From Octopus sinensis (taxonomy: Eukaryota): a stretch of DNA of 64,000 bases. Of this stretch, positions 11,819-24,196 are shown piece after piece (position 1 is the stretch's first letter; every line of letters starts with the position of its first letter). The notes below the pieces were generated by a model. It ran no database searches. It had not been told where the DNA came from and saw only the letters and a list, made by a program, of their open reading frames with translations. Location: NCBI RefSeq assembly GCF_006345805.1, contig NC_042998.1:8432001-8496000 (forward strand). The letters run 5' to 3'. The position numbers and the translations under genes were made by a program.

Positions 11819-12384
11819 TTGGGTTGTCCGGAAAGTTCGTGCAGATTTTTGAAGGAAAGAAAAAGGTCAATAAATACTCGCCATTACATTTTTAATCAAC
11901 CAAATATGAACCATTTTGTTGCATAATGTGTCTCCATCTTTCCTTCAATTTCAAAATACCCTCTTCCCAGATTTCAGGTGGTTTCATGGCAAAGAATTCA
12001 TCAAGGTATCTTTTTACGTCATCCAAGGAATTGACATTTTTACCATTAAGACTATTCTGCAGAGACCTGAATAAGTGGAAATCCGATGGAGCAATATCTG
12101 GTGAATATGGAGGGTGGGGTAACACATCCCAGCCAAGCTGCAGCAATTTTTGTCTGGTTCCCAGAGCATCAAGTGCCGAAAATTAACTTTCTTATCTTCC
12201 ATTTTAAAGGGTTACAGAATTAACACAGGTTATAGGAACATAAACCTTATTCCACGAAAAGGTAGCTTAAACTGTGCTCTAAATGGAGGTGTAGTCAAAT
12301 CCTATTTTATGGACTCAGCCATGTTCTAAAATAAGTCGAAAGGTAAGCTACTATGAATCGGCACGAACTTTCCGGACAACCCAA
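11819..12384 (-). mobile_element. Internally deleted mariner (566 bp)
   Basis: ~28-bp TIRs TTGGGTTGTCCGGAAAGTTCGTGC(A/C)GATT with TA TSD; first ~13 codons (MEDKKVNFRHLML) fused to C-terminal LLQLGWDVLPHPPYSPDIAPSDFHLFRSLQN...GSYLVD*. Confidence 0.92.
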
Positions 12385-12858
12385 TATATATCAACACCAC
12401 TTAATTCATCTCTCTTCATGGACAATTCTCTTACGACTGTCAGACCGCTAATTATATCCGTGAAACCTTTACCCCATCGCCCAACCACTACAGATTTAAT
12501 TTGCTCCTTTCTTAAAGCCTTGGAAACCTGAATAGATTATATAGGTTCTTCTTCTCAGAGCTACAAGAAATATACCACAAGTTATAACTCCTGTTAAGAA
12601 ATCTTTTATGATTTTCATTTAATGTCTTTGACGTCATAAGGCAAAAATGCTGTTGGTTTTCGCATAAACATAACTAGTGTTAGATTTCATTTCTATTACT
12701 TGTTACAAGTGGTGTTGCTATATTATTTCAATTTTAATTGGACACTGTTTTTATTTACTTCTACCCTAACTATCTAGCTAGCTAGCTCTCTGTCTGTCTG
12801 TCTGTCAGTCTGTATATCTATCTACTTCTTTCACGCTCTCTGTATGTATGTATGAATG

Positions 12859-12915
<57 letters not shown>

Positions 12916-12959
12916 ATACATATATATAATTGACGTCAATTCTACTAACGGTTTTTTTT

Positions 12960-13160
12960 AAACACTTATTATCGTTTTGTTTACCATGTAGGCAGTCATC
13001 GCAATTTTTGTTTTGTCTTGTTGTTGAGAGAGGCTCCCTTTCTTTCCTGATGAGAAGATTGCATCTTGCACCGTTTGTTCCTTTGGAATAAAACCATGTT
13101 GTCTTCGAAACATATGTCGAGAGTAAAGGAATTTTGTTAACATCTTCGTTCAACTCCATT
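12960..13160 (-). mobile_element. LINE reverse-transcriptase fragment (RTE-like)
   Basis: RQHGFIPKEQTVQDAIF resembles Q.GF.PG..T.DAIF; frameshifted. Confidence 0.5.
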
Positions 13161-13170
13161 TATTTATTTA

Positions 13171-13172
<2 letters not shown>

Positions 13173-13268
<96 letters not shown>

Positions 13269-13293
13269 TGTGTGTGTATGTATATGTATGTAT

Positions 13294-13328
<35 letters not shown>

Positions 13329-13370
13329 TAGTTATAGATATAGATATAGATATGTATGTATGTATATATC
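13173..13370. repeat. Compound (AT)n(GT)n(GATA)n microsatellite
   Basis: Direct reading. Confidence 0.95.
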
Positions 13371-13621
13371 GTGGCTATTGTGCAAAAGTGCTGTAAGTCC
13401 AAAACGTTGCTTTTTTCAGAAAGCGAAAAAATAGTTTGACCATCCCATAGCAAAACCATTGTACTACACTGACAATTTTTGATATCTTGGCAGTTGGAGA
13501 TACGACAGCTTGACCAAAAGAACCGGCTACTGCAAGCAAAAATAAATATTGATAAAAACGCATTTGGCCAAATTTAGACATACAACAGTTTAACATAATA
13601 GATACGATATATGTATATGTA

Positions 13622-13701
<80 letters not shown>

Positions 13702-13743
13702 CATATACATATGCATATATCGTATCTATTATGTGGAACTGTC

Positions 13744-13820
<77 letters not shown>

Positions 13821-14221
13821 TCGTATCTATTATGTGAAACTGTCGTATATATATATATATATATAGAAAGAGAGAGAGAGAGGAAAAGAGAGACAGAGAG
13901 AAGAAAGAGAGAGACAGAAAATATAAAGAAACTCAGGAGGTATGAGATAAATATATTTACTTCACCAGTTAATATCCAGATGAAGATGGCCGTTTCGCAG
14001 CCAACATCCTGCAACGATAATCTATTTTAGTGTATCAGTTATTTTACATGTGTACACTAATGTGTATGCTATAAATTGCATAGTGTTATTGTGCATTTTA
14101 CAATATAGAAGATATAGAAGATAACAGAATATCATGGTTACATCAAATTTTCATCTCCAGTATACACATACAAAAATCATCTCCATACAGACATGCATAC
14201 ATACACACATATATACATGTT

Positions 14222-14673
14222 ATGGGTGGCTTATTAGCAATTTAGCAACCTAAAGGCAAATTTACTGACGTCACTAAAGTGACAGAGGGTACTAAGTGGC
14301 ACCAGCATTGCTAGAAATAAAAGTCAAAACGACTCAATAGCACACAAATGCACTGGCTTAATGACTGGCAAGGGACATAATTTTCCCCCCAGACGTAGCC
14401 AGATCGCCGGCGATTTCGAATTTTAATGCAGAGCATCTGAATTTTCATCAGTGGCTCTTACCGTGTCTAGGGTTAAAATCAACTCACCTAGTCAGCTTAT
14501 AAGAAAACCGCTGAACTCATACGCTAATTTCAAGAACGGTATAAATTAAAATTATAAATAACATGGGTGGCTTATGAGCAATTTAACAACCTAAAGACTA
14601 ATCTATTGACGTCACAAAAATGACAAGGGGTACTAGGTGGTACTTGCATTGCTAGAAATAGGAGTCAAAACGA
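14222..14673. repeat. Two diverged 111-bp direct repeats (14222-14332, 14563-14673)
   Basis: ATGGGTGGCTTA...TGACGTCAC...GCATTGCTAGAAATA..AGTCAAAACGA in both copies. Confidence 0.85.
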
Positions 14674-14992
14674 TATATACTCCAGTATACACATTCAATA
14701 AATCATCATGTTTATATATATGTAGTATTATGTCTGACGCAAGGTTCATACAATTAGAGCTCAGGTTAAGTTTCTGCCTAAAATCCAACTTGAACTGCAG
14801 CTAAACGAAAGCGAAGATGCTGTAGCTGCCTAATGAAGACTGGCTTTAGGGGTGTTTTAATCGAACCAGTAAATGTATTATAGAATAAAGGTATAAACAG
14901 GCAAACAACTGGTATCGCCAGATTGTGACATTTGTGTATTTATTGATATAGCATGAGAGTAGAATTGAATGTTACTGTATTTTATAATATAA

Positions 14993-15394
14993 CTACCAGT
15001 ATAGCTCAGCGTTTCTCGGATTTATTTTCTTTTCGACCCTTTAGAATTAGAATTTTCGAAAAGTAAAAATTTTGCATTATGTAGCTTGTTATTCTCTTTA
15101 AGTGAACATTTTTCTGGTTGAAATACACCGAAAAATGGCGACACAGCAGTAATAAAAAATCGTAAAAAATAGGGATTTTCATAGTAAAAAAGCACCTTTT
15201 TGATGTAAATAATTTTTGGTCTTAACATGGTCCGATTTGAATTTTTTCTTCTACGAAATGAAGAGCAAGCCTTCTTCTATCATACTTTCAATTTTAGTCA
15301 ACTTGCGCCGCAGGGTCTCGGAGGAGATAGTGTTAGTTGAAGACTACCAAACCTGCCAAACACACACAGACAGCTTCAGCTTTATATATATAGA
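14993..15394 (-). mobile_element. Non-autonomous Helitron, family 1
   Basis: Reverse complement of 10264-10656; TC start at 15394; 3' end decayed to GTAG. Confidence 0.85.
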
Positions 15395-15749
15395 TGTAAC
15401 TACTCTATGACACAAGAGATCTATAAAGATCAGTTGAAAAATATTCATAACAGTGATTGTATATGTTAGTATTCTCCCGGAACACTTATTCAGTGAGCCT
15501 GAATTATTGGTTTTAAGTAAAGCTAGTCATTGTAGCCAGAATCCAAAGCTGGATGAGACGAAAGGGAAAAGCCAAGGCATGGCCGTACTCGAGCAGGTCG
15601 TTCGAACACAGCGTATGTAGATCAACTCACCAGAGATATTGGATGCCTCTCCCAAAGACCTGTCTCAGCAAATACACTGAGATGGATGGCATGGGCCGGT
15701 TAAAAATGTCCGAGCAAGCTGGCAAAAGTGAGTAGCACCTGTATCTCAA

Positions 15750-15915
15750 CGGGTCAGCCTTGTCACATTCTGAATCAGACGAAATCTCCCCAAGAACTAC
15801 GTTAAGAGTACGCTTATCTGTGGAGTATTACACGTTAATTTCACGAGCAGGCTGTTCCGTTGATCGGATCAACTGGCTGGAACGTTCGACATCGTAACCG
15901 ACGGAGTGCCAGCAA
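15750..15915 (+). mobile_element. Probable 3' part of a further SINE/LINE family
   Basis: AATTTCACGAGCAGGCTGTTCCGTTGATCGGATCAACTGG...CGTAACCGACGGAGTGCCA followed by a CA-rich tail; family recognised from memory only. Confidence 0.4.
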
Positions 15916-16598
15916 ACACACACACACATATCCCATTTTCTTTTTTTTTTCTTTGTTATTAACCAAATATCTGTCGTTGTTAACTAATTACTCAAATACT
16001 TTTGTACTCGGACATGTTTAATGTTATTTATTAGCGTTTTATGTTTCTGTGTGGCGGAGCAAAGGGGTTGTCTATGTATATTTTGCAAAGCAATGTGTTC
16101 GTTTTCTATAAGAAAGCATGCGCACAAACATACACACCTGCGTACTTTTATGTGCACATGTAAAAACACGTGCACATAAATGCACAAACACTGCTGCATC
16201 ACATCTGGACACACGTACGCAAACACACACACATATAAATATATATATTATATGCATGCACACATACGCATAAAGAAATACGTAGATGTGTACGTAATTA
16301 CAGGGTGAAAGAGAATAGATTGAGATTTATTGGTTCTCTCTCTCTCTCTTTTCTTTCTTTGTGTCACTCTCTTCCTCCGTCTCTGTTCCCCTCTGTCTTC
16401 CCCTCTCCCTCTTTCCCTCTCTCTCTCCGTATTTTCTTTCATACACCTTTGCTGTCTCTCTGTCTTCAACTCTTACTTCGCCTCATATATCGTTTTTAGT
16501 TTTGCTTTTTTCTTCTACTGAAACTCTGCTTGTTAAGCATTCACAAACCCCATAAACATACAAAGTCATAGAGTTAGATTCAAAGAAGAGAATTCAAC

Positions 16599-16711
16599 AT
16601 GGTCCCTAAATATCACATGAACGAAATTTTTGAAAAGCCATCTCAGTCTAACGTTATCTGCATTAGTCTCCAGAAACAAACGGAACCAGGTAATGCAATA
16701 CATCATTCAAG
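16599..16711 (+). CDS. SLC16/MCT-like transporter, candidate coding exon 1 (MVPKYHMNEIFEKPSQSNVICISLQKQTEPGNAIHHS)
   Basis: ATG at 16599, open frame, donor AAG|GTAAAT in phase 2, matching the phase-2 acceptor of exon 2; no homology support. Confidence 0.5.
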
Positions 16712-17193
16712 GTAAATTATTCTCTTTTATAATCATATATATGTGAAAATTTAGGCATCTAAATTACGTATTGTTTGAATAAATCAGTAAAAACTTCATC
16801 GACGTTAGATTAGATTAACATATATTTTATAAAATCTTGGTATGGATTACGTAATATTGATTTCCTTTCACATTTATGTAAAGTTTAACTTTCGTACTTC
16901 AGGAGTTTATACCATGCAGACTTAAAGTAACAGAGAAGTTAGGTGTGTTTCAATGCCCCACGATTCTAGCATCAAATCTCCTTTAGATATAGTTTAACAC
17001 AGAGCTATTGTTGTGAAGTTGTAATTCATCTTGTATAAGTCCCCAAATGGAAATCCGAGCCGTGAAGTTAGCAAAGAGATTTAAGATTGACGTCCATGAA
17101 TTTTGGGTGTGTTTCTGTAGACTTTGCTCGTCAGTCAAGTCCGCAGTTTATATAACGATGGACTACGCATTATATGGTATATATGTACGACTT

Positions 17194-17426
17194 AAGGCGG
17201 CGAGCAGGCAGAAACGTTAGCACGCCGGGCGAAATGCGTAGCCGTATTTCGTCTGACGTTATGTTCTGAGTTCAATTTCCGCCGAGGTCGACTTTGCCTT
17301 TCATCCTTTCCGGGTCGATTAAATAAGTACCAGTTACGCACTGGGGTCGATATAATCGACTTAATCCGTTTGTCTGTTCTTGTTTCTCCTCTCAGTGTTT
17401 AGCCCCTTGTGGGTAGTAAAGAAATA
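17194..17426 (+). mobile_element. SINE family A, full-length monomer with 18-bp TSD
   Basis: TSD GGTATATATGTACGACTT at 17176-17193 and 17427-17444; A box-like GGCAGAAACGTTAG, B box-like GAGTTCAATTTCC. Confidence 0.95.
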
Positions 17427-19159
17427 GGTATATATGTACGACTTGTTGAGACTTAAGTTTATTTGCCGGAAATATACTGTGATTGGAGTACAACTCAAAG
17501 CTCGTCCTCAATTCGGCTATTAGTTTAACACCGTGTGCACCTAGTTGCAATTCCGTCTTAATATATCTAACACCATAACAGTAATGTGAAAATGTTGTTT
17601 AAAGTTGCCTGGTTCTAGATTCAGTAAAATATCCATTGTTAAGAGGAACGGTGGAAATCAGCCCGGCTAGTGTATATTCTCTGCATTATATTCTATTTAA
17701 TCCGCTTCACTATTTCAAATAACGTCAATAAGTTGCTTTTCATTATAAAAGGGAACATACCACAATTTCGACGTAGTATATAGCATAATTCACACGAGAC
17801 AGATTTCTTTACACATAACTTTCAGAAAAATAGGTAATTTTTTATGAAATTTTCTAGAAATACTTTCCAGAGTGTGCAGATTACGATTATATTAGAATTT
17901 AATATAACAAAAAATTGTTGGGCTCGTACACATACATCTACACACGTCACATATATCTACAATATGAAACTTGAAATTTCGAAAGAAACTGTGAAGTGTG
18001 TAAGTAGGTATGTATGCGTGTTCACTATTTTTCTTCTTGCATCAAATTCCGATATAATTGTAATTTACACACTTTGAAAAGTATGTATTTGTAGACAATT
18101 CCATTAAAAAATAGCAATTTTCTGAAAGTTATGAGGCAAAAAAATCCCAACTCCAGTGAATTCTCCGAAACTCCTCTTCCCATCTACAGAAAAATCTTTT
18201 CTCAAAACATTCTGAAATAATCGGTATCTACACTATCTGGAGCATATTTATAGAAAATTTCATCAAAAATTTTTTTTTTTCTGGAAGCTATGAGGAAACA
18301 AAGTCGGAAGGCACATATATGTAGGTATGCCATATAGTTTATGTAGTGTAAACATTCAAACACCTTTCCAAATTCTGCTGCATTTCACATAGAATTTTTG
18401 GCCTCCAAAAATATTCTTGGTGCATAGGTCGACCTACCTTTTGGGGCTGCAAAATTTGGTCTGAAAAATTTGTCATATATTCCGGAAAATACGGGAAATT
18501 TGGTAGTTGTGGTGGGAGGACACTGAATCAAACCTATTGCTAGAGAAGCTTAAGCCTATATGTTACCAAAAGACCCGCTAGAAGTAGCAGCTAAATGTTC
18601 TCATAGCATTCTACTAAGATATAAATAAAAAGGCAGAACACGTTGGATAATGCAGCCATATATATAAACTTTCGGATCCTGTGACTGGATCACCATAAGT
18701 TAACCCTCGATTGTTCACATTGCGCCGAATTCATAACCGATGTATTAATAATGTTTTTACATTTTTCTATAATCACAGTATATTTCCGACAAAGACACTA
18801 GTCAACGTGTTGTACCATATGAACCAGTGTTTTATGTATATCTATAAATATATAATTTGCAACTAAATGTGGCGGTCTCATAGAGGACGATGCTACTGTT
18901 GTTTTTAGACCCAGGGAGACATTTCCTCCAGCTGGCTAACGGCATACTATCTGTGCCCGATTAGTATTTGCGAATGGAAATCATCGTTTCCATCTCTAGC
19001 TTTACGTGATACACACAGACCCGGGTTTCGGAGTAGTAACCCGTCATCAATGTTTGATAATCACCAGCTAGCGATGAGAACTCATTCCAAACGCAACGTA
19101 CTATATGCTTTTTCCAGTGACAAACTGTCGCTGATCTCGAGACACACGCATAGATACGT

Positions 19160-19307
19160 CGTTGTTAAGAAGCCCGCTTTGCAATCAGGTGGTTTCGGGT
19201 TCAGTCCCATTGTGTGACAGCTCAAGCAAGAACCTTCTACTATAGCCCTGGGCCGACTAATGCCTTGTGAGTGAACTTATTAGACGTAAACTGCCCATAT
19301 ATGTATA

Positions 19308-19350
<43 letters not shown>

Positions 19351-19535
19351 CTTTGTGGTTGAGTTTGACCTCACCCCCACTGCTTTGCAACCGGAGTAAG
19401 TTTATTTACGTTCCCGTAATTTAGCAGCTCGGTACAATTGGCCGATTGAATAAGAAACAGACTTAAAAGTAAGTAGAAGACTTTGTCCCAACATTGCCGC
19501 AGTCCAATGAATGAAGCAACTAAAAGAATAAAAGT
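19160..19535 (+). mobile_element. SINE family B, old degenerate copy
   Basis: GGGTTCAGTCCCA, CTATAGCCCTGGGCCGAC, TG repeat and GCAGTCCAATGA..AAAAGAATAAAAG tail. Confidence 0.7.
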
Positions 19536-19547
19536 ATAAAAGAGAAT

Positions 19548-19756
19548 ATATGGCCCAGTGGTTAGGGCAGCGGACTTGCGGTCGGAGGATCGCGGTTTCG
19601 ATTCCCAGACCGGGCGTTGTGTGTGTTTATTGAGCGAAAACACCTAAAAGCTCCACGAGGCTCCGGCAGGGGGTGGTGGTGATCCCTGCTGTACTCTTTC
19701 ACCACTCTAAAAGGCGGTGCTCCAGCATGGCCGCAGTCAAATGACTGGAACAAGTA
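19548..19756 (+). mobile_element. SINE family C head fused to the family B 3' tail
   Basis: tRNA-like TGGCCCAGTGGTTAGGGCAGCGG...GGTTTCGATTCCC; tail GGCGGTGCTCCAGCATGGCCGCAGTCAAATGACTG. Confidence 0.8.
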
Positions 19757-19759
19757 CAA

Positions 19760-19803
<44 letters not shown>

Positions 19804-20238
19804 TATATAAACTATGATGTAAGTAAGACATTCCAACGATGTCCAGAGAATTACGGTTCTATTTCAGTGGGGTTTTTTGAAACTTAAATTTGATTATATA
19901 TATAGTAAATGTAAATATTTCATATCATTAATAATCTGATCAGCGCATACTGTCTTCTTTGTCTAAGCCTCACTAACCACCATAAGAAGTCGGCCTGAGG
20001 AAGATCAAGGACATTGACTGAACCAGTCTTGGAGGGCCTGCTATAATAGTTCCACCAGTGCTTCATGAGAAAAGGGTTTTATTCAGTGTTAATACAAGAA
20101 ACGATTAGACACATCTGTCCTGTTCGGGAAACTGTGGTCTTGAAATAATGAAAAGACGTTACTCTAAGAAAACATTACCGTCGACCTTATCGATAAATGA
20201 AGATTTAGAATTGTATTTTTTGCATAGTTTCACATAAA

Positions 20239-20638
20239 TCTTTATATATAAAAGTGAGGTTGTGTGCTGTCTGTCTCCTACGATTTAGATTCCTAACTAC
20301 TCCCACATTTTGCGGTGCAGTTTAACCAAAACCGGGTATCTTATAGTCGTGATTCATATCAAGCCCTTCTGGGTATTAGCGCGCGTCTACGATGAGTCTA
20401 CAATTTAAAAAGAAATTTACCATCAATTTTCCCCATTTTTAATGCATTTTTGGCATATATAAGGGAAGTAACTCTCTAAAAATTTATTATTAAATCTCAG
20501 AACGTAAAAAGCTACAGTAACACCCCACCCCCCTTTGTGGTTAGCCATATTGAGATGGCTATTATACTTTACATCTCTAAAAATGCTTATATAGTTATTT
20601 CCCTTACAAACCCGAGCAACGCCGGGCGATACTGCTAG
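20239..20638 (+). mobile_element. Non-autonomous Helitron, family 2 (same termini as family 1, unrelated interior)
   Basis: A|TCTTTATATATAAAAG start; ACAAACCCGAGCAACGCCGGGCGATACTGCTAG|T end identical to that of the 55334 copy. Confidence 0.88.
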
Positions 20639-21283
20639 TTTCCCATAAAAGACCTACAAATTAATTTGAAGAGAAGAGAAACGTCGTAGATTTCATTGTG
20701 TGAGTCGAATAATTTCAAGTTAAACAAACTCTTGATGTTATGCCTAGCAGGGATTCGGTAAATAACGCGACAAAATGTCAGAGCTTTGTGACCTGTCAAA
20801 GCTTAGCGATCTGTCGAATGTTACTTCCTAAAAAATATATATATTAAACACTTGAGTCAGTTTCTTAATAGTGGCTTTTAAAAACCTAAAACTCGCTGGA
20901 AGAAGGAAAATATAAGAAAACAATATTTCGTGGATTCTTCTTCTAGATGACGTATACAAAGATTAACGACAGTACTAAATCAGCTTCCTGTTTGTTTGCA
21001 TTACTTAAAGTTGGATCAGCATATGATGTACATTGCTAATAGAAGGCTTATTTTGTTTTCTGTTGCTCAAGTATAACTCGTGAAGTTCTTGCCATTAGTA
21101 TTATTGCGGACATTGGCATAGTTATTTTCAAAAATATTAATTACAACAACATATTTTCATTGAGCTGTTTCGCAGAAAGTTTGCAGGCTATTGTATATTG
21201 TATCATATCGTCATATGTTATGTACATATTATTTGTATTAACATACATAACATACGCAAAACACACACGGCACACACACACAC

Positions 21284-21374
<91 letters not shown>

Positions 21375-21699
21375 TATACATATACATACATTTATGTTTG
21401 AATAAATATGTATTTATATAAACATGCACACACACACACATAATATATATACACACACGCATATATATATATGTGTGTGTGTTTGTGTGTGTATGTAAGT
21501 ATGTAATATATATATATGTGTGTGTGAATGGAGAGAGAGAAAGAGAAAGCAAGAAAGAAAGAAAGAGTGAGTGAGTGAGGTTTCGTAATAAGATCTTAAG
21601 CTGCTCTTGTAGACTCACCGGTAATAACGAAATATACACAGTGGAGGATATACTTTTTTCCCTTTTATAAGCGGTGAACAAAAATTAATCCCTTTCTGT

Positions 21700-21868
21700 T
21701 ATAGGCACAAGGCCTTAAATTTGGCCCTGTGCGTCGACCCCCAAAAGGATGAAAGAATGGAGGAAAAGTCGACCTCGGCGAAACTTGAACTCAGAACTTT
21801 TAAAGGCAGGCGAAATGACGCCAAGCATTTTGTCCGGCGTGCTAACGATTCTGCCAGCTCACCGCCTT
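21700..21868 (-). mobile_element. SINE family A variant (alternative tail), internally deleted
   Basis: GTCGACCTCGGCGAAACTTGAACTCAGAAC...GCTAACGATTCTGCCAGCTCACCGCCTT. Confidence 0.8.
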
Positions 21869-22129
21869 CGGAACCAAAATATTAACACCAATAGCTACAG
21901 CAACAACTGTAATATCAGCAGCAGGAGACATGGCAGTAGCAGTAGCAACAGGAGTAACAACAGCAATAAGCAGATTATCAGAATCTATAACAGAAGCAAT
22001 AGCTGTAGAGCCTACTACAATAGGCACCCAAAATCAGCAAAGACTAACGCAGAGAGAAAAAGCGAAACAAGAAATTGCCGCCTCAAGGCGCAAAGCCAGA
22101 AAGCTCAACTTAATAATAATAATAATAAT

Positions 22130-22591
22130 GTCCCAATCGATATAAACGTACCTGTCAAGACCTACCAAAAACTGAGCAAATATAAAGATCTTGAAATAGA
22201 AATCAGCGAAATGTGGAACCTGAAGACTAAAACAATACCTGTTGTCATAGGTGCCCTGGGAATGATAGCGAAAGGGGCTGATTGCTACCTAACTCAGATA
22301 CCAGGAAACCCCAAAATGGCAGAAATCCAAAAGATAGTGCTCATGGGAACTGCTCATATCCTACGCAAATTACTTTCTATGTAATCTAAAGTTTTAAAAC
22401 AAACATACTTTTCGTTTTTTTTTCTTTTTTTTTTTGACATTCACTGGTACAACACTAAATACAAAACCAAATATATGGCACACTAGGCAAAACAACATCA
22501 CGAACTTCCAACCTGTTGTCTCTTGAGGTCTCTGGGTGAGACTTGGAGCCAACTTGTACAAATATAAAGCAAAAGTCAAACATAGAATAAA

Positions 22592-22657
<66 letters not shown>
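22130..22657 (+). mobile_element. 5'-truncated R4/Dong-like non-LTR retrotransposon (endonuclease C-terminus, 3' UTR, (TAA)n)
   Basis: KLSKYKDLEIEISEMWNLKTKTIPVVIGALG...IQKIVLMGTAHILRKLLSM* (stop 22382-22384); (TAA)n at 22111-22129 and 22592-22657. Confidence 0.8.
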
Positions 22658-22659
22658 CC

Positions 22660-22875
22660 TTTCTATAATAGATACAAGGCCTGAAATTTTGTGTGAAGAG
22701 TAAATCAATCTCATTGATCGCAGTGCTCAATTGATACTTATTACTTATTTTATCGACTCCGAAAGGTTGAATGCAAAGTCGACCTTAGCGTAATTTGAAC
22801 GCAGAACGTAAAGATGTACGAAATGCTGGTAAGCATTTTGCCCGGCTGCGGTAACGATTCCGCCAGCCCACCATC
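22660..22875 (-). mobile_element. SINE family A variant (alternative tail), degenerate
   Basis: TTTATCGACTCCGAAAGG..GCAAAGTCGACC...TTTGAAC..AGAACGTAAAG. Confidence 0.75.
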
Positions 22876-23099
22876 CTCTCATCTATTATAGACAGAAGAC
22901 CTGATTTTCGGGGAAAGAGGTGAGTCTATTACATCGACCCCGCTGATTGCTTCAACTTATCCTTATACCTAAGGACAGATCATCCTTTACCACGGTATCT
23001 CTTCACTTGTTGGTCATACAAAAGAATCTATGGAATGCGGTTATCTCTCATTTGAACAACATGTCCTACACGTGCTTCTAAGATTTTTTATATTTGGTA

Positions 23100-24130
23100 C
23101 CTTATCTTACTATTTTATGTTGCATATATTGTGCAGATATTACACATGTGGAAGGTTTCAAATTTCTTTATATGTCTGTTGTAGGAAGTCCACGCTTCTT
23201 CCCATACAAAAGTATGATCAAAATACTAAATTTGTATAATTTATTTTAGTTTTCAAACTGACACTGCGTTCATCCCATAAACGATGAGTAAATTTTCCAA
23301 AACCATTTGTAGTCTTAGCGCATGTGAAATGTTTCAAGTCTCTTTATACGTCTGTAGTAGGGAGTCCATGCTTCTGCCCCATACAAAAGGTTTCCAGAAG
23401 CATTTTTAGCCTTAGATATTTTAACATTGATTTCGTCATCAAAAGTACTCTTAAAGGTTACTGTACTTTCAAGATATTTAAATGACCAGACCCAGTTGAG
23501 TGGCTTGACGTCTATCATCACGTTTAAAACTTGAGCAGGCTCTGCCTCAGGCGTTGGTTGGAATAAAACTTCAGGCTTCTTAATGCGGATAATCAGTCCA
23601 AATGCCCGAGCTGTCGCAGCAAACCTGCCGACCGTATCCTGAATTCCTTCAAATGAGAAATAAGAGCACAATCATCAGCAAAGAGAAAGTCACGTAGAAT
23701 CTCTTATTTGGTGTTTTTCTTTTTTTGTTTTTTTTTTTGTTTTTTCATCTGAAACTTTGCCCTTTCAGGTTTAGTAGACTTCCTTCAGTGCGAAACTGAA
23801 ATTTTACACCTTCATAGTAATCCTGGAAAGCCTGTTGAAGCATCATTGAAAAGAATATGGACAAAAGTATAGGGTCTAAAACACAGCTTCGTTTGGTTCC
23901 AGTGGCAACAGAAAATGCGTCTGGACATTGACTAACTGGATATCACTGTTGTCATCATTCGTTTATGCCGGGATGCTGTTACCATTATCATTTTTATCAG
24001 GGAGACCAACTTTTGCCAAAATTTTCCCAAAATGTCTCACGATTCACTGTATCAAAGGCCTTGATCAAGTTGACAAAGCCCATGTACGATTCTGTTCACG
24101 TGCTTTTTCTTGAACTTGTTGGAGAGCAAA
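23100..24130 (-). mobile_element. RTE (BovB-like) LINE fragments, with a second diverged copy of the 3' segment at ~23100-23240
   Basis: FAATARAFGLIIRIKKPEVLFQP, FKYLESTV...DDEINVKISKA, LLYGAEAWTPYYRRIKRLETFHMR; upstream ALSTWSRPL-type RT remnants. Confidence 0.8.
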
Positions 24131-24154
24131 AATCATGTCAGCCGTGACTCTCCC

Positions 24155-24193
<39 letters not shown>

Positions 24194-24196
<3 letters not shown>

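Noticed and set aside
19548-19625. tRNA genes at SINE heads (also 27692, 8942, 17194)
   Set aside because: They have A/B boxes but no complete cloverleaf, and they continue into SINE bodies
19940-20170. RTE-like RT trace (-), and a LINE endonuclease trace at ~33700-34060 (-)
   Set aside because: Too decayed to support as features by eye
21749-22384. 211-aa ORF as a host gene
   Set aside because: It is a chance fusion of an antisense SINE, a CAG/TAG-rich tract, (TAA)n and the retrotransposon C-terminus
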